NCBI GenBank assembly: GCA_963803145.1
Contig: CAWDLW010000015.1
Coordinates: forward strand, 32,001 to 96,000
DNA from: Methanotrichaceae archaeon
GTDB lineage: Archaea > Halobacteriota > Methanosarcinia > Methanotrichales > Methanotrichaceae
DNA length: 64,000 nt
Direction of reading: 5' to 3'
Position numbers and translations under genes: made by a program. This document shows positions 49,370 to 59,168 of this stretch, piece after piece. Position 1 is the stretch's first letter. Every line of letters begins with the position of its first letter. The notes under the pieces are model-generated. The model worked only from the letters and a program-made list of their open reading frames with translations, had not been told where the DNA came from and made no database searches.

Positions 49370-50188
49370 ATGGAAACATGGGACTATTACGATCTAGCAG
49401 AGGATCAACTAAAAGCTTTTACTCGATCGGAAGTTAGGACGAAGATCATGCTCCTCTTGAAAGATACTATGGCCACATCGGGAGATCTCGAAGAAAAAAT
49501 GGGCATTCGTTCCACGACGATCCTTCATTCTATGAAGGAGCTCATCAATTCAGGACTGATAACAAAAAAGGATGGCGCCTATTTATTGACAAACGTAGGA
49601 AAAATTCAGGTGCTTCTACTCGATAGGTTGATAGGCGCTATAGTTCTATTGGAACAACAAGAAGAGTACTGGCTAAATCACGATTTGAGCGGAATACCCG
49701 AGGAGCTTCTGGCCAAGATAGGCATGTTAGCCTATTCAGAGAGGATAACTTCGGACCCAACAGCGCCTCTTAAGAGCCTGGAAAAATTTATGCAAGAGCT
49801 ATCAAAATCAAAGGATATACGCGGCGTTTCATCTTTTATTGCTCCTGGATTCCCAGAGTTGATCAGAACCTGCGTTAAGAGCGGTTCGAATGTTGAATTG
49901 ATACTAACCAATACACTTTTAGCCAAAATATCAGAAGATAGTAGCTCAATGGGGAGTGATTTATTGGATTATCCAAACTTTAAGCTGTACCTGTTAGAAA
50001 AGGATATTAATATCGGGTTTACAGTTACCGAGTCTCTTCTGGCTCTGGGGTTATGGAGATTGAATGGAACGATCGATTTAGCAGGCGGCGAACTAATCTG
50101 CATAGGAGAGGATGCTACTGTCTGGGGTAGAGAATTATTCGATTATTATAAGAGTCGTTCTAAACCCATAAACACTTCTAATGCTTAG
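49370..50188 (+). CDS. Winged-helix transcriptional regulator with DUF1724-like domain
   Basis: SEVRTKIMLLL, YLLTNVG, YWLNHDLSGIP, WGRELFDYY. Confidence 0.85.
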   Translation: METWDYYDLAEDQLKAFTRSEVRTKIMLLLKDTMATSGDLEEKMGIRSTTILHSMKELINSGLITKKDGAYLLTNVGKIQVLLLDRLIGAIVLLEQQEEYWLNHDLSGIPEELLAKIGMLAYSERITSDPTAPLKSLEKFMQELSKSKDIRGVSSFIAPGFPELIRTCVKSGSNVELILTNTLLAKISEDSSSMGSDLLDYPNFKLYLLEKDINIGFTVTESLLALGLWRLNGTIDLAGGELICIGEDATVWGRELFDYYKSRSKPINTSNA

Positions 50189-50325
50189 GAGATTAAATAC
50201 AGCTATAATACATATTGCTTATAAATTCCATATTATCTTCTATAAGTCAAACTGCGGCGGCACCATACAGAGCTTGCTGCAGGGATATTCGTTAAAAAAT
50301 AGCTAAAAATTTTTGATATAGGCCT

Positions 50326-51540
50326 TCAGCTATAGATTGGAGCATAGCCTGCCAGCTCCATATAGCCTAGACCTATTTGCTTTCCAGTGAGATTCCCTGC
50401 TCTGATGCGCACAATGCCTTCCCAATACTTCGGCTCTCCATAGGCTGTGTTCATGGTCTGCTCATCGAAGTAAGGTTCTACAGCATAATTGCCCATAGGT
50501 GTGCTTAAGATCCACTCCAAGGGATACGTGAAGCCAAAGAGATCTGAAGTCCATAGCCTTGTGAAGGTCAAGTTGCTTGCGTCTTTACCGTGCCACCATC
50601 GGACATTGCCTTTTGGATCGATGTAAGTCAGGCTGCGCTGATCTGGGAGGTCGTTATGGAATTCGTCCTTGAAGTTAAACAGCGTCAAGAAGCTTCCATT
50701 ATCAAGGCGCATGCTGAACCAGTCCCATCCAGGATAGCAATTGTTATAGCCTCCCCATTGGTGGTCAAACCAGCTGTCTCCCCTGACTTTTACTTCACGG
50801 CCGTCGATGCTCAGGGTACCGGTGGTGTTCATTGCAGGATGGGAGTAGTAATAGCTTTTTCCCACTATGCTCTTGGGATCGATGCTGGCGCAGGCGCCCA
50901 TGCTGCCGGTTCCATTGGGCCATTCCAGGAAATAACCGTACTTGTCGTTTGTCAGGGTTAAATTCATGGAGATATTATGCCCATGTCCACCATCGCTGGA
51001 TACATTCCCTTTGCTTACAATATTCCAGGCGTCCAAGGCCTTCCAATAGGTAAGAGTCGTCTGAGAATCATTATAGCGCCAGTAATCGCCTTTCTTGGCA
51101 TCGGTACCGTTGATGATTTCAGTCTGGTTGGGCAGTACAAAATACCTGTTGCGAGGATGCTGGCTGTTGAAAACATCGCTAACGGCCACGTGGTTGACAT
51201 AGCCAATAATCCCCGGCATTAGATTCTGATGGAAAAGGGTATACTGGAATCCATAAAGGTTACCTGTCTTGATATCTCTCAAAGCTCCCGACCAGTACAG
51301 CCACTCGACGAAATCGCTGGTGTTTGCTACTACAGACGAAGGCTGATGCAGCAGGTGATCTGCAGGAAAATCGAAGACTGAACTGGCATTTCCATCGCCC
51401 TTTATAGTCATGGCCGTGGAATCTTTCGCTGAAGGATTTATAGCAGCATCAGCAACAGAAAAAGATATTATCGCTATAGTCAAGCAACTTACAAGGATAA
51501 TGGCTATGACTAAGCTGTACCGATCATTATTCGGTTTCAT
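50326..51540 (-). CDS. Secreted lipocalin-like/AttH (CrtC-like) domain protein
   Basis: FPADH, EWLY, SYYYS, WFDHQW, GWDWF, YWEG, GYMEL. Confidence 0.85.
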   Translation of the reverse strand: MKPNNDRYSLVIAIILVSCLTIAIISFSVADAAINPSAKDSTAMTIKGDGNASSVFDFPADHLLHQPSSVVANTSDFVEWLYWSGALRDIKTGNLYGFQYTLFHQNLMPGIIGYVNHVAVSDVFNSQHPRNRYFVLPNQTEIINGTDAKKGDYWRYNDSQTTLTYWKALDAWNIVSKGNVSSDGGHGHNISMNLTLTNDKYGYFLEWPNGTGSMGACASIDPKSIVGKSYYYSHPAMNTTGTLSIDGREVKVRGDSWFDHQWGGYNNCYPGWDWFSMRLDNGSFLTLFNFKDEFHNDLPDQRSLTYIDPKGNVRWWHGKDASNLTFTRLWTSDLFGFTYPLEWILSTPMGNYAVEPYFDEQTMNTAYGEPKYWEGIVRIRAGNLTGKQIGLGYMELAGYAPIYS

Positions 51541-51637
51541 CTTTACTCCTCATGAATTTATCGATTGATAACTCATATATCGCAAATAAAACTTTCGGAG
51601 TCAAACTGCCTCGGCTGAGAGACTCGGAAGTTAATAA

Positions 51638-51655
51638 TAGTTAGATATCTAACTA
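51638..51655. promoter_or_regulatory. Perfect 18-bp palindrome, operator-like
   Basis: TAGTTAGATATCTAACTA between divergent genes. Confidence 0.55.
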
Positions 51656-51754
51656 ATTGCAATCGTTGCTAAAAATTACCCGGCGATATGGGCTTATTGT
51701 TCCTGCATCATGACCAGCAGCGCTAATCCCCTCCGGGATAACGAGGTATGACAA

Positions 51755-52693
51755 ATGAAAGAACTCTCGCCCAAAAAGAGCGCTTTAAATTCAAAAAATA
51801 AGCACTCTCTTGGAAAATCAAGAGGTGTAACGAAAAGTAGCATAGCTATTGGAATGATTATCACGCTCATTATTTTATCACTCTATTCGGTATTGGCTTT
51901 TGCAGATGTATCCAAAGATATGAAAGAATCATCTCCCAATGAGAAAGAGGTCGTCGAGCTGCTGAAAAGTATCGAGACAAAAGACCCAAAGCCCCTCGCC
52001 TACATCAACCCAAACAAATACATCCAGCATAATCTGACTACTGCTGATGGGCTTGCAGGCTTCCTTGCGCTCATACAACAGCTACCCCCGGGATCAGCAA
52101 AAGTGAACACGGTGCGCGTGTTCGAGGATGGAGACTATGTTTTCGCTCACACGGATTATAATTTATTTGGCCCGAAGGTTGGGTTCGATATCTTCCGCTT
52201 TGAATCGGGCAAAATCGTAGAGCACTGGGATAATCTTCAAGAGAGACCTTCTGGAGTCAACCCCGGCGGGCATACGATGATAGATGGGCCGGTCGATGTT
52301 AGTGACACCGAACTAACTGATTCAAATATAAAGCTTGTCAGGCAGTTCGTAGACGACATCCTTGTCAACGGTAAGATGGACCGGCTTTCAGGCTACTTCG
52401 ATAGTGGCCACTATATTGAGCACAATCCCAGCATCGGTGACGGGCTGTCAGGGCTCAATGAAGCGCTCAATGCTATGGCAGCACAAGGCATAGTCACGAA
52501 ATACGACAAGATTCACATGATCCTCGGGGAAGGCAATTTCGTGCTAGTTGTGAGCGAAGGCAGCTTAGGGAACATGCCCATGTCCTTCTATGATCTATTC
52601 CGTGTTGAGAATGGCAAGATTGCCGAGCACTGGGATACCAACGAGGTCATTCCCCCACGAGAGTCTTGGAAGAACAATAATGGTAAATTTTAG
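51755..52693 (+). CDS. Tandem SnoaL/NTF2-like domain protein
   Basis: YIQHN, DIFRFESGKIVEHWD, DLFRVENGKIAEHWD. Confidence 0.88.
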   Translation: MKELSPKKSALNSKNKHSLGKSRGVTKSSIAIGMIITLIILSLYSVLAFADVSKDMKESSPNEKEVVELLKSIETKDPKPLAYINPNKYIQHNLTTADGLAGFLALIQQLPPGSAKVNTVRVFEDGDYVFAHTDYNLFGPKVGFDIFRFESGKIVEHWDNLQERPSGVNPGGHTMIDGPVDVSDTELTDSNIKLVRQFVDDILVNGKMDRLSGYFDSGHYIEHNPSIGDGLSGLNEALNAMAAQGIVTKYDKIHMILGEGNFVLVVSEGSLGNMPMSFYDLFRVENGKIAEHWDTNEVIPPRESWKNNNGKF

Positions 52694-52751
52694 ATAAATA
52701 GCAGGGTTGGGACATTTATATAAAATATATGTAGATGAAATTGCGTTCGGC

Positions 52752-52806
52752 CACACCCCCCCACCCTAAAAGGGAGGGATGCTTCGGGCAGCACTCCCGG
52801 TTTTTC
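52752..52806 (+). repeat. GC-rich hairpin element followed by a T-tract (IS605-end/REP-like or small RNA)
   Basis: cccccaccctaaaagggaggg; gggag...ctccc followed by ggtttttt. Confidence 0.4.
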
Positions 52807-53021
52807 TGAATTCAAAAATAGCGGTTTTTCAATTCATGATGAAGCTTGAACCGTCTATTCCAAGAATAAATGAAATTGATCCTCTCCAAAACTGCGCAAT
52901 TCCAACGCATATCATATCCTAGCCGTAGGTGGCTGGCACCACCTGTAGCTAAGGTGCCAAGAACATCCTCATTTCAAAAGATGTAATGCTTTATCGGTTT
53001 ATAAGAGCAGAAAGAACGTGT

Positions 53022-53069
53022 GAGGGTTACTTAATCCCCAACCTTCAGGTCGGAGTATCCGCGACCCTC
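53022..53069. repeat. Nested palindrome, IS200/IS605-end-like
   Basis: gagggt...atccccaacc-ttca-ggtcggagtat...accctc. Confidence 0.45.
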
Positions 53070-53340
53070 CACTCCCTTGATGTAATAAAAATGATGTTAT
53101 ACTAATTAATTATCTTTTTCAATATTGTTTAGGTTCTGGGCGATAGTTGATTCAAACAGTTACTTTTCTTTATTATTATATTATATTGAAATTTGCATAT
53201 CTTTGGATAAATTGCGAGATTGAATAGTATATTTGCATATTTATCGGCAAATAATCTTGATATTTTTTTAAGGTTGCAGACTAATGATAGGTATCTTTAT
53301 AAATCTCAATTCTGATATAGTTACAATTGGAGGTTATACT

Positions 53341-54258
53341 ATGGAAAGTAATTCCGAAGTAATATATAAACAAATAACAAAACAATATAATTTTGTTATA
53401 GCAGACAACATGGAGAATAGTCTAAGGAACGTACTCAGATTTCTATCAGTCAGCTCTATCTCTGTCGGAGTATCAGCATTTTTTGCAACATACATAATGT
53501 TTATTCTGTTAGGGATCACTCCGTCAGTTTACATATGTTTGACGCCCTCATTAATGGCATTTAGTGTTTATAGTTTAAACAAGCTAACAGACCTCAAAGA
53601 GGATTCTATAAATACACCTGACAGACTGAATTTTCTAAAGGGCCGCAAGTATCTCATAATATCCTACTCTATCCTGGCCTATTTACTTAGCATTTATCTA
53701 GCGTTCTTAGATAAACCATCATCTGCTGCAATAGTTCTCTTTCCACTCATCGCCAATGCTCTCTATGGCTCAAGAGTTCTTCCAGGTTTACCTCGACTGA
53801 AGGACATTCCCGTCATGAAGAACATAGTCGTAGCATCATGTTGTGCTGTAACTACAACGTTTCTGCCTGCAGCACATATGATGGACGCCAGTTTAGCTAT
53901 CGCCATCGCCTTTTGCTTCATGTTTGGAAAGGCCTTCATAAATACTTTACTCTATGATGTAAGAGATATCAAGGGAGATGGTGAAAAAGGAGTAAAAACG
54001 ATTCCAGTGTTAGTAGGTAAGAAGAGAACTGTTTATCTCCTCCTAATAGTGAACAGCATACTTCTTTTGTTGGCGCAGGTATTCATATTGGGCAGCGCAA
54101 GGCTCCTCGCGACATCATTGGTGCTCTATGGCTATTTCTACATTCTTTACTTCACAAAAACAATGCAACCGCTAGCGATGGATCTCTTAATAGATGGGGA
54201 ATGGATGAACTTCAGCATAGTACTGCTACTTCTAAAAGGCTGCGGATTTATGGCCTGA
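53341..54258 (+). CDS. UbiA-family prenyltransferase
   Basis: NKLTDLKEDSINTPDR, RLKDIP..KN, DVRDIKGD...GVKTIP; multi-TM; start uncertain. Confidence 0.88.
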   Translation: MESNSEVIYKQITKQYNFVIADNMENSLRNVLRFLSVSSISVGVSAFFATYIMFILLGITPSVYICLTPSLMAFSVYSLNKLTDLKEDSINTPDRLNFLKGRKYLIISYSILAYLLSIYLAFLDKPSSAAIVLFPLIANALYGSRVLPGLPRLKDIPVMKNIVVASCCAVTTTFLPAAHMMDASLAIAIAFCFMFGKAFINTLLYDVRDIKGDGEKGVKTIPVLVGKKRTVYLLLIVNSILLLLAQVFILGSARLLATSLVLYGYFYILYFTKTMQPLAMDLLIDGEWMNFSIVLLLLKGCGFMA

Positions 54259-54262
54259 TCCC

Positions 54263-54859
54263 TCAGGCCTCCGCAGCCTCATAATCCGTATCCATCGTAT
54301 CCTGTAGCCCATCTTTGATATGGGATGTTACCATGCGCTCAGATACATCCTGATCCGAGAGAATCTCAAGGAAACGCTTTGTGTAGCCGTCTTTTTCAGC
54401 TGCCTTTTGGCTCTCGAATATGTTTCTATATTCACTTATGGTCGAAGGGGCAACGCCCAAAGCTTCAGCCATCTCCTTGACAGACTTGCCGGTCCCGGAT
54501 AGAAGGATGAATTCGTTCTTATCAAATGGTGGCTTCAGATCAGATTCTCTGAAAAGATGAAGCTTGATCCTAGCCCTGCTAACAGTTTTGTTGAGTGCTC
54601 TGTCTCCGAGCTGCTCTGCGATCTCTGTATCGCTCAAGCCCTTATAAAATAATCGTATTACAGTGGCGAGCTGCTCAGGAGTTAACTTGGTCTGGATATT
54701 ATAATGCTTGATCATCTCTTTGACGACGCCTAAAAGAGCACGTTCGATATCAGAACTCCCTCTCAATGCACCGTGCTGCGAAGCCTGCTTTTCTACAACC
54801 TTAGTGCTGGCGCCCATCTTAAGAACAAGATCACGCAGCTGATCCGTCCTACCACTCAT
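54263..54859 (-). CDS. HTH-containing conserved protein (resembles haloarchaeal conditioned-medium-induced protein 4)
   Basis: FYKGLSDTEIAEQL, RARIKLHL.RESD..PPF, second HTH SVKEMAEALGVAPSTI. Confidence 0.65.
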   Translation of the reverse strand: MSGRTDQLRDLVLKMGASTKVVEKQASQHGALRGSSDIERALLGVVKEMIKHYNIQTKLTPEQLATVIRLFYKGLSDTEIAEQLGDRALNKTVSRARIKLHLFRESDLKPPFDKNEFILLSGTGKSVKEMAEALGVAPSTISEYRNIFESQKAAEKDGYTKRFLEILSDQDVSERMVTSHIKDGLQDTMDTDYEAAEA

Positions 54860-54962
54860 TTAAGATACTCACCCATCAGAGAACTCCTTCGTTTATACTA
54901 TAAAGAGATTTCCATTGCACCGCAAACCTTTTTATACACGTGCCACCGTTTAAAGAGGCGGA

Positions 54963-55418
54963 ATGTCTGATACCAGCATATACGTTGTGAAGACCACTGC
55001 TAACCAGGAGCGTTCAGTGGCCAATATGATTTCCCAGATAGCAAGAAAAGAAAAATATGATATAAGAGCACTGCTGGTACCCGACGTGCTTAAAGGCTAC
55101 GTTCTTGTGGAAGCGCCCGCTCCGGAGATCGTAGACCAGGCTATTCAGGGAATACCCCACGCACGATCGGTAATTAAAGGCGCATCTAGCATCGAAGAGG
55201 TAGAGCACTTTCTCGCCCCCAAGCCAGTCGTAACTGGAATAAACGAGGGTGCTATAGTTGAACTCATATCCGGGCCTTTTAAGGGCGAGAAGGCTAGGGT
55301 GAAGCGCGTGGATACTGCAAAGGAAGAGATCACAGTGGAGCTCTTCGAGGCTATGGTGCCGATACCCATAACTGTAAGGGGCGATCACGTGCGTGTACTC
55401 AGCAAAGAAAAACCTTAG
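54963..55418 (+). CDS. spt5: Transcription elongation factor Spt5
   Basis: [29 protein letters not shown]. Confidence 0.96.
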   Translation: MSDTSIYVVKTTANQERSVANMISQIARKEKYDIRALLVPDVLKGYVLVEAPAPEIVDQAIQGIPHARSVIKGASSIEEVEHFLAPKPVVTGINEGAIVELISGPFKGEKARVKRVDTAKEEITVELFEAMVPIPITVRGDHVRVLSKEKP

Positions 55419-55430
55419 AGGTGATATACT

Positions 55431-55907
55431 GTGGCTAATGTCGTTGAAGCATTGGTGCCTGGTGGAAAGGCTAGTGCCGGACCGCCTCTTGGTCCAGCTC
55501 TAGGGCCTTTGGGCGTCAACGTGGCGCAAGTAGTTGCGAAGATCAATGAACTCACGAAGGACCTTAATGGAATGCAGGTCCCGATCAAAGTCAAAGTAAG
55601 ATCTAGGACTGATTTTGATGTCGAGATCGGCACGCCGCCTACATCGGCGCTGATTCTGAAAGAGTTGGGCGTTGAAAAGGGCACCGGCGATAAAACCATC
55701 ATTGGAGACCTGACAATGGAGCAGGTTGTTAAAATCGCGGATATCAAGAAAAAGGGTCTTCTTTCCAAGAACCTTAAAAGTGCAGCCAAAGAGATAATTG
55801 GGACTGCAGAATCGTTAGGCGCGACCATTGATGGAATGCCTGCAAAAGAGGCCCAGAAGGCTGTGACTAGCGGCAAGTATGATGAGATATTAGAGGCAAA
55901 GGCTTAA
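55431..55907 (+). CDS. rpl11: 50S ribosomal protein L11
   Basis: GGKASAGPPLGPALGP. Confidence 0.97.
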   Translation: MANVVEALVPGGKASAGPPLGPALGPLGVNVAQVVAKINELTKDLNGMQVPIKVKVRSRTDFDVEIGTPPTSALILKELGVEKGTGDKTIIGDLTMEQVVKIADIKKKGLLSKNLKSAAKEIIGTAESLGATIDGMPAKEAQKAVTSGKYDEILEAKA

Positions 55908-55949
55908 AATATTAGTTAGTAAATCGAAACTCGATTCTCTTTTGAGAAG

Positions 55950-55981
55950 CCGTAGTAGACAATAAGGTCGTTAGACTACGG
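55950..55981 (+). promoter_or_regulatory. Putative L1-binding autoregulatory mRNA structure overlapping the rpl1 SD
   Basis: CCGUAG-UAG-AC..GU-CGUUAGA-CUACGG; 3' arm runs into GGAGG. Confidence 0.6.
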
Positions 55982-55990
55982 AGGATTGAA

Positions 55991-56626
55991 ATGAGCAATA
56001 TAGACGAAGCCATTAAAAAGGCAATCACTGAGGCACCTGCCAGGAAGTTCACTGAGAGCGTTGACCTGGCCATAAACCTTCACAACATCGATCTTTCCCA
56101 GCCTGGGAACAGGATCGATGCTGAGGTCATCCTCCCCCATGGACTGGGCAAACCTACCAAAGTTGCAGTTTTCGCTGCAGGAGAGACAGCAATGCGCGCA
56201 AAGAATGCAGGCGCAGACAGGGTCATCTCCGCAGACGAGATCAAGGAATTGGGTGGGGATAAAAGGGCAGCGAGAAAGCTGGCCGATGAATACAAGTTCT
56301 TCATAGCAGAGACTCAGTTCATGCCCGTAATAGGCAAGAGCCTAGGACCGATCTTAGGAAAGAGGGGCAAGATGCCTACTCCGCTACCCCCGACTCAGGA
56401 TGTCACGCCCCAGATCAACAGATTAAGAAACATGGTCAGGGTCAGGTCCAGAGATAGGCCGACATTTCACCTGACGATTGGAAATAGAAACATGGACGTA
56501 AAGGATCTAACTGAGAACGTCGATGCGGTCATCACCAAACTTGAGCAGACGCTGAAGGATGGAAAGCAGAACCTGAAGTCAGTCTATGTCAAGACCACGA
56601 TGGGACCGGCAGTAAAGGTGATCTAA
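55991..56626 (+). CDS. rpl1: 50S ribosomal protein L1
   Basis: RKFTESVDL, LGKRGKMP, KTTMGP. Confidence 0.97.
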   Translation: MSNIDEAIKKAITEAPARKFTESVDLAINLHNIDLSQPGNRIDAEVILPHGLGKPTKVAVFAAGETAMRAKNAGADRVISADEIKELGGDKRAARKLADEYKFFIAETQFMPVIGKSLGPILGKRGKMPTPLPPTQDVTPQINRLRNMVRVRSRDRPTFHLTIGNRNMDVKDLTENVDAVITKLEQTLKDGKQNLKSVYVKTTMGPAVKVI

Positions 56627-57610
56627 ATGGCAGCAGAGGTTAAGCGAACTGCTCACCTGCCGGAATGGAAGGTCGAGGATGTAGATGAGCTTAAAGAGAA
56701 AATCGGCGGGAGCAGGGTTATCGGCATCGTAGGAATGCGCGAAATACCTGCAAGCGATCTGCAACAAATGCGCAGAGATCTTAGGGGCAAGTTAGAGGTC
56801 AGAATGGTGCGGAACAGCATTGCGCGCCGGGCTCTAGAAGCATCAGCCCCTGAAATCAGGCCGCTTGCAGACTTTATCGCAGATCAGACTGCCCTTATCT
56901 TCAGCGATGAGAATCCCTTCAAGCTTTATGCTACTTTGGAGAAAGAGAAGCGCCCCATGCCCATAAAGCCAGGGGCACGTGCACCCAAGGATATTGTGGT
57001 TGAAGCCGGGGAGACATCATTCTCGCCTGGGCCAATGGTTGGCAAGCTCCAGGCGGCAGGAATTCCAGCCGCCATCAAGGGCGGAAAGGTGGTTATCAAT
57101 CAGAGGATTACACTCGCAAAAGAGGGCGAGGTAGTATCCGCCAAGACTGCAGATATCCTGAAGACGATGGAGATCTTCCCCAGGAATGTTGGCATCGAAC
57201 TCAGAGCTGTCTATGAGGGCGGCCTTGTATTCCAGACTAAGGATCTGGCTATAGACGTAGATAGTTTGATTTCACAGTTCAGCTCTGCATCCGCAAGAGC
57301 GTTCGGCTTTGCCGTAGAAATAGGCTATGTCACTCCAGATACAGTTGGCCCAATTCTACAAAGAGCACAGGCTAAGGCTAGAAGCCTCATAGCAGAGACT
57401 GGAATTCCAGTGCCCGGCATGATGGATATTGTTTTAGCAAAGGCGGTTGCCAATGCAAAGGCAATTGAAAGTCTGGTCAGTGGAGGATCTGCCCCTGCTC
57501 CGGCGCAAGCGGCCCCGGCGGCCCCTGTAGCTGAGGCAGAGGAAGAGAAGAAAGAGGAGAAGAAGGATGAGGAGGCCGGTGTCGAAGGCCTCGGTGCATT
57601 ATTCGGATAA
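56627..57610 (+). CDS. rpl10: 50S ribosomal protein L10 (P0)
   Basis: PEWK, NPFKL, TSFSPGP, C-terminal GLGALFG. Confidence 0.96.
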   Translation: MAAEVKRTAHLPEWKVEDVDELKEKIGGSRVIGIVGMREIPASDLQQMRRDLRGKLEVRMVRNSIARRALEASAPEIRPLADFIADQTALIFSDENPFKLYATLEKEKRPMPIKPGARAPKDIVVEAGETSFSPGPMVGKLQAAGIPAAIKGGKVVINQRITLAKEGEVVSAKTADILKTMEIFPRNVGIELRAVYEGGLVFQTKDLAIDVDSLISQFSSASARAFGFAVEIGYVTPDTVGPILQRAQAKARSLIAETGIPVPGMMDIVLAKAVANAKAIESLVSGGSAPAPAQAAPAAPVAEAEEEKKEEKKDEEAGVEGLGALFG

Positions 57611-57623
57611 AAGGTTGATTTAA

Positions 57624-57944
57624 ATGGAATATGTATACGCAGCATTATTGCTTCATAGCGCAGGCAAAGAGATCAGTGAGGACGGAGTAAAGAAGATCGT
57701 AGAGGCAGCAGGCGTAAAGCCCGATGAAATCAGGATTAAGGCTCTTGTGGCAGCCCTTGAGGGCGTGGATGTAAGCAAGATCCTATCACAGGCCGCAGCT
57801 ATGCCGGTAGCAGCCGCACCAGCAGCCGCTGCTGCAGCACCTAAATCAGGTGGCGCTGCCCCAGCCAAGGAAGAGAAGAGCGAAGAGAAGAAGGAAGAGG
57901 CAGAGGAGGCCGGTGTCGAGGGGCTTGGAGCACTTTTCGGCTGA
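57624..57944 (+). CDS. rpl12: 50S ribosomal protein L12 (aP1)
   Basis: [18 protein letters not shown]. Confidence 0.97.
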   Translation: MEYVYAALLLHSAGKEISEDGVKKIVEAAGVKPDEIRIKALVAALEGVDVSKILSQAAAMPVAAAPAAAAAAPKSGGAAPAKEEKSEEKKEEAEEAGVEGLGALFG

Positions 57945-58150
57945 ACCCCTCAGCCTTTCTCTATTTTTCATACAAATCCCCAAGTTAGTTAAAACAGCAT
58001 CATTCACTCATTCTAATATTCTGGCATTTGTTTAAGATCTAATCTAATCTGAAAATAAAACAAAAGAAATCTATGATAAGGCCACCAAATGTCTTCTTTT
58101 CGGTATAATTAAGAGGGCAATAAGTGACCTTCACTTACATGAAAATGAAT

Positions 58151-58423
58151 CTAAATTTCCTCGATCTTCTCTATTCCGACCTTCTTAACATTCGGTTTCC
58201 ATATCAACGAGGGCATCCACTCTGGAGCGTTTGTCGGCTTTGGAACCTGTTTGCGCTCGCCCTGGAATAGATGCACTTTTTTTGTTCCCCTTTCACGAAG
58301 CCTAATATCTGTATAGCCGCGATTTGCAGCCTTAAGCGCCGCTTGCCTGGGCTGCTTGCCGCAGAAGACGCCGACCTCATTACCTTGCGCGTCGCGCAAT
58401 GCGAAATTCCTTTTTTCTACCAT
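58151..58423 (-). CDS. Non-histone chromosomal protein MC1
   Basis: RNFALR, GKQPRQAALKAA, LRERGTKKVH, PEWMP..IWKPNVKK. Confidence 0.95.
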   Translation of the reverse strand: MVEKRNFALRDAQGNEVGVFCGKQPRQAALKAANRGYTDIRLRERGTKKVHLFQGERKQVPKPTNAPEWMPSLIWKPNVKKVGIEKIEEI

Positions 58424-58625
58424 ATTTTATACCTCCCAATACCCGCGTGCATAGGACCCTAGACCTCGCCGCATGTCTATATATCGTATCCACTTATATT
58501 AATCTTTTGTTCGATTCCAGAATTTAGCGACAGTTTATATAAACTCGTTTATGAACTGAAATGGAAAAAATACATCATCGCCAGGAAGGATTGAGTATAT
58601 ATCTATGCTAAATCTTTGAGCCATT

Positions 58626-59168
58626 ATGGCATGGGTTTTATGGTTCACTGGCCTTCCAGGCTGCGGCAAAACCACAATCGTGCAACGTGTGAAGGCAATG
58701 CTATCTCAAAACGGGATATCTGTGAAGGTACTCCAGCTTGATGAGATACGTAAGGTGATTACACCGAGTCCCACTTACACAGAGGCGGAGAGAGATGTAG
58801 TATATGCGAGCCTTGCCTACATGGCCAAGCTGCTTGAAGAATCTGGAATAAACGTGATCATAGATGCTACGGCGAATAAACGTCGTTATCGTGATCTCGC
58901 CAGGAGCTTAGTGTCCGACTTCGCAGAGGTTTATATCAGAGCACCTCTCGATTTATGCATTGCGCGCGAATCGAGACGCAGGGCGGAGTTTGCACCTAAG
59001 GATATCTACAGAAAATCAACCGAAAAAGGGGCAACAGTTCCTGGCGTGAACATCGCCTACGAAGAACCTCTCACGCCTGAGATATCTGTGGACTCGGCGG
59101 AGATGAGCTCGGACCAGAGTGCACAGTATATAGTCGACAAAATTATCAAGCTATTTAAGCAAAAGTGA
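58626..59168 (+). CDS. Adenylyl-sulfate kinase-like P-loop kinase
   Basis: WFTGLPGCGKTT, LDEIRK, YEEP. Confidence 0.8.
   Translation: MAWVLWFTGLPGCGKTTIVQRVKAMLSQNGISVKVLQLDEIRKVITPSPTYTEAERDVVYASLAYMAKLLEESGINVIIDATANKRRYRDLARSLVSDFAEVYIRAPLDLCIARESRRRAEFAPKDIYRKSTEKGATVPGVNIAYEEPLTPEISVDSAEMSSDQSAQYIVDKIIKLFKQK

Noticed and set aside
57540-57944. Near-identical 3' ends of rpl10 and rpl12
   Set aside because: Known shared stalk C-terminus (GLGALFG) of archaeal P0/P1.
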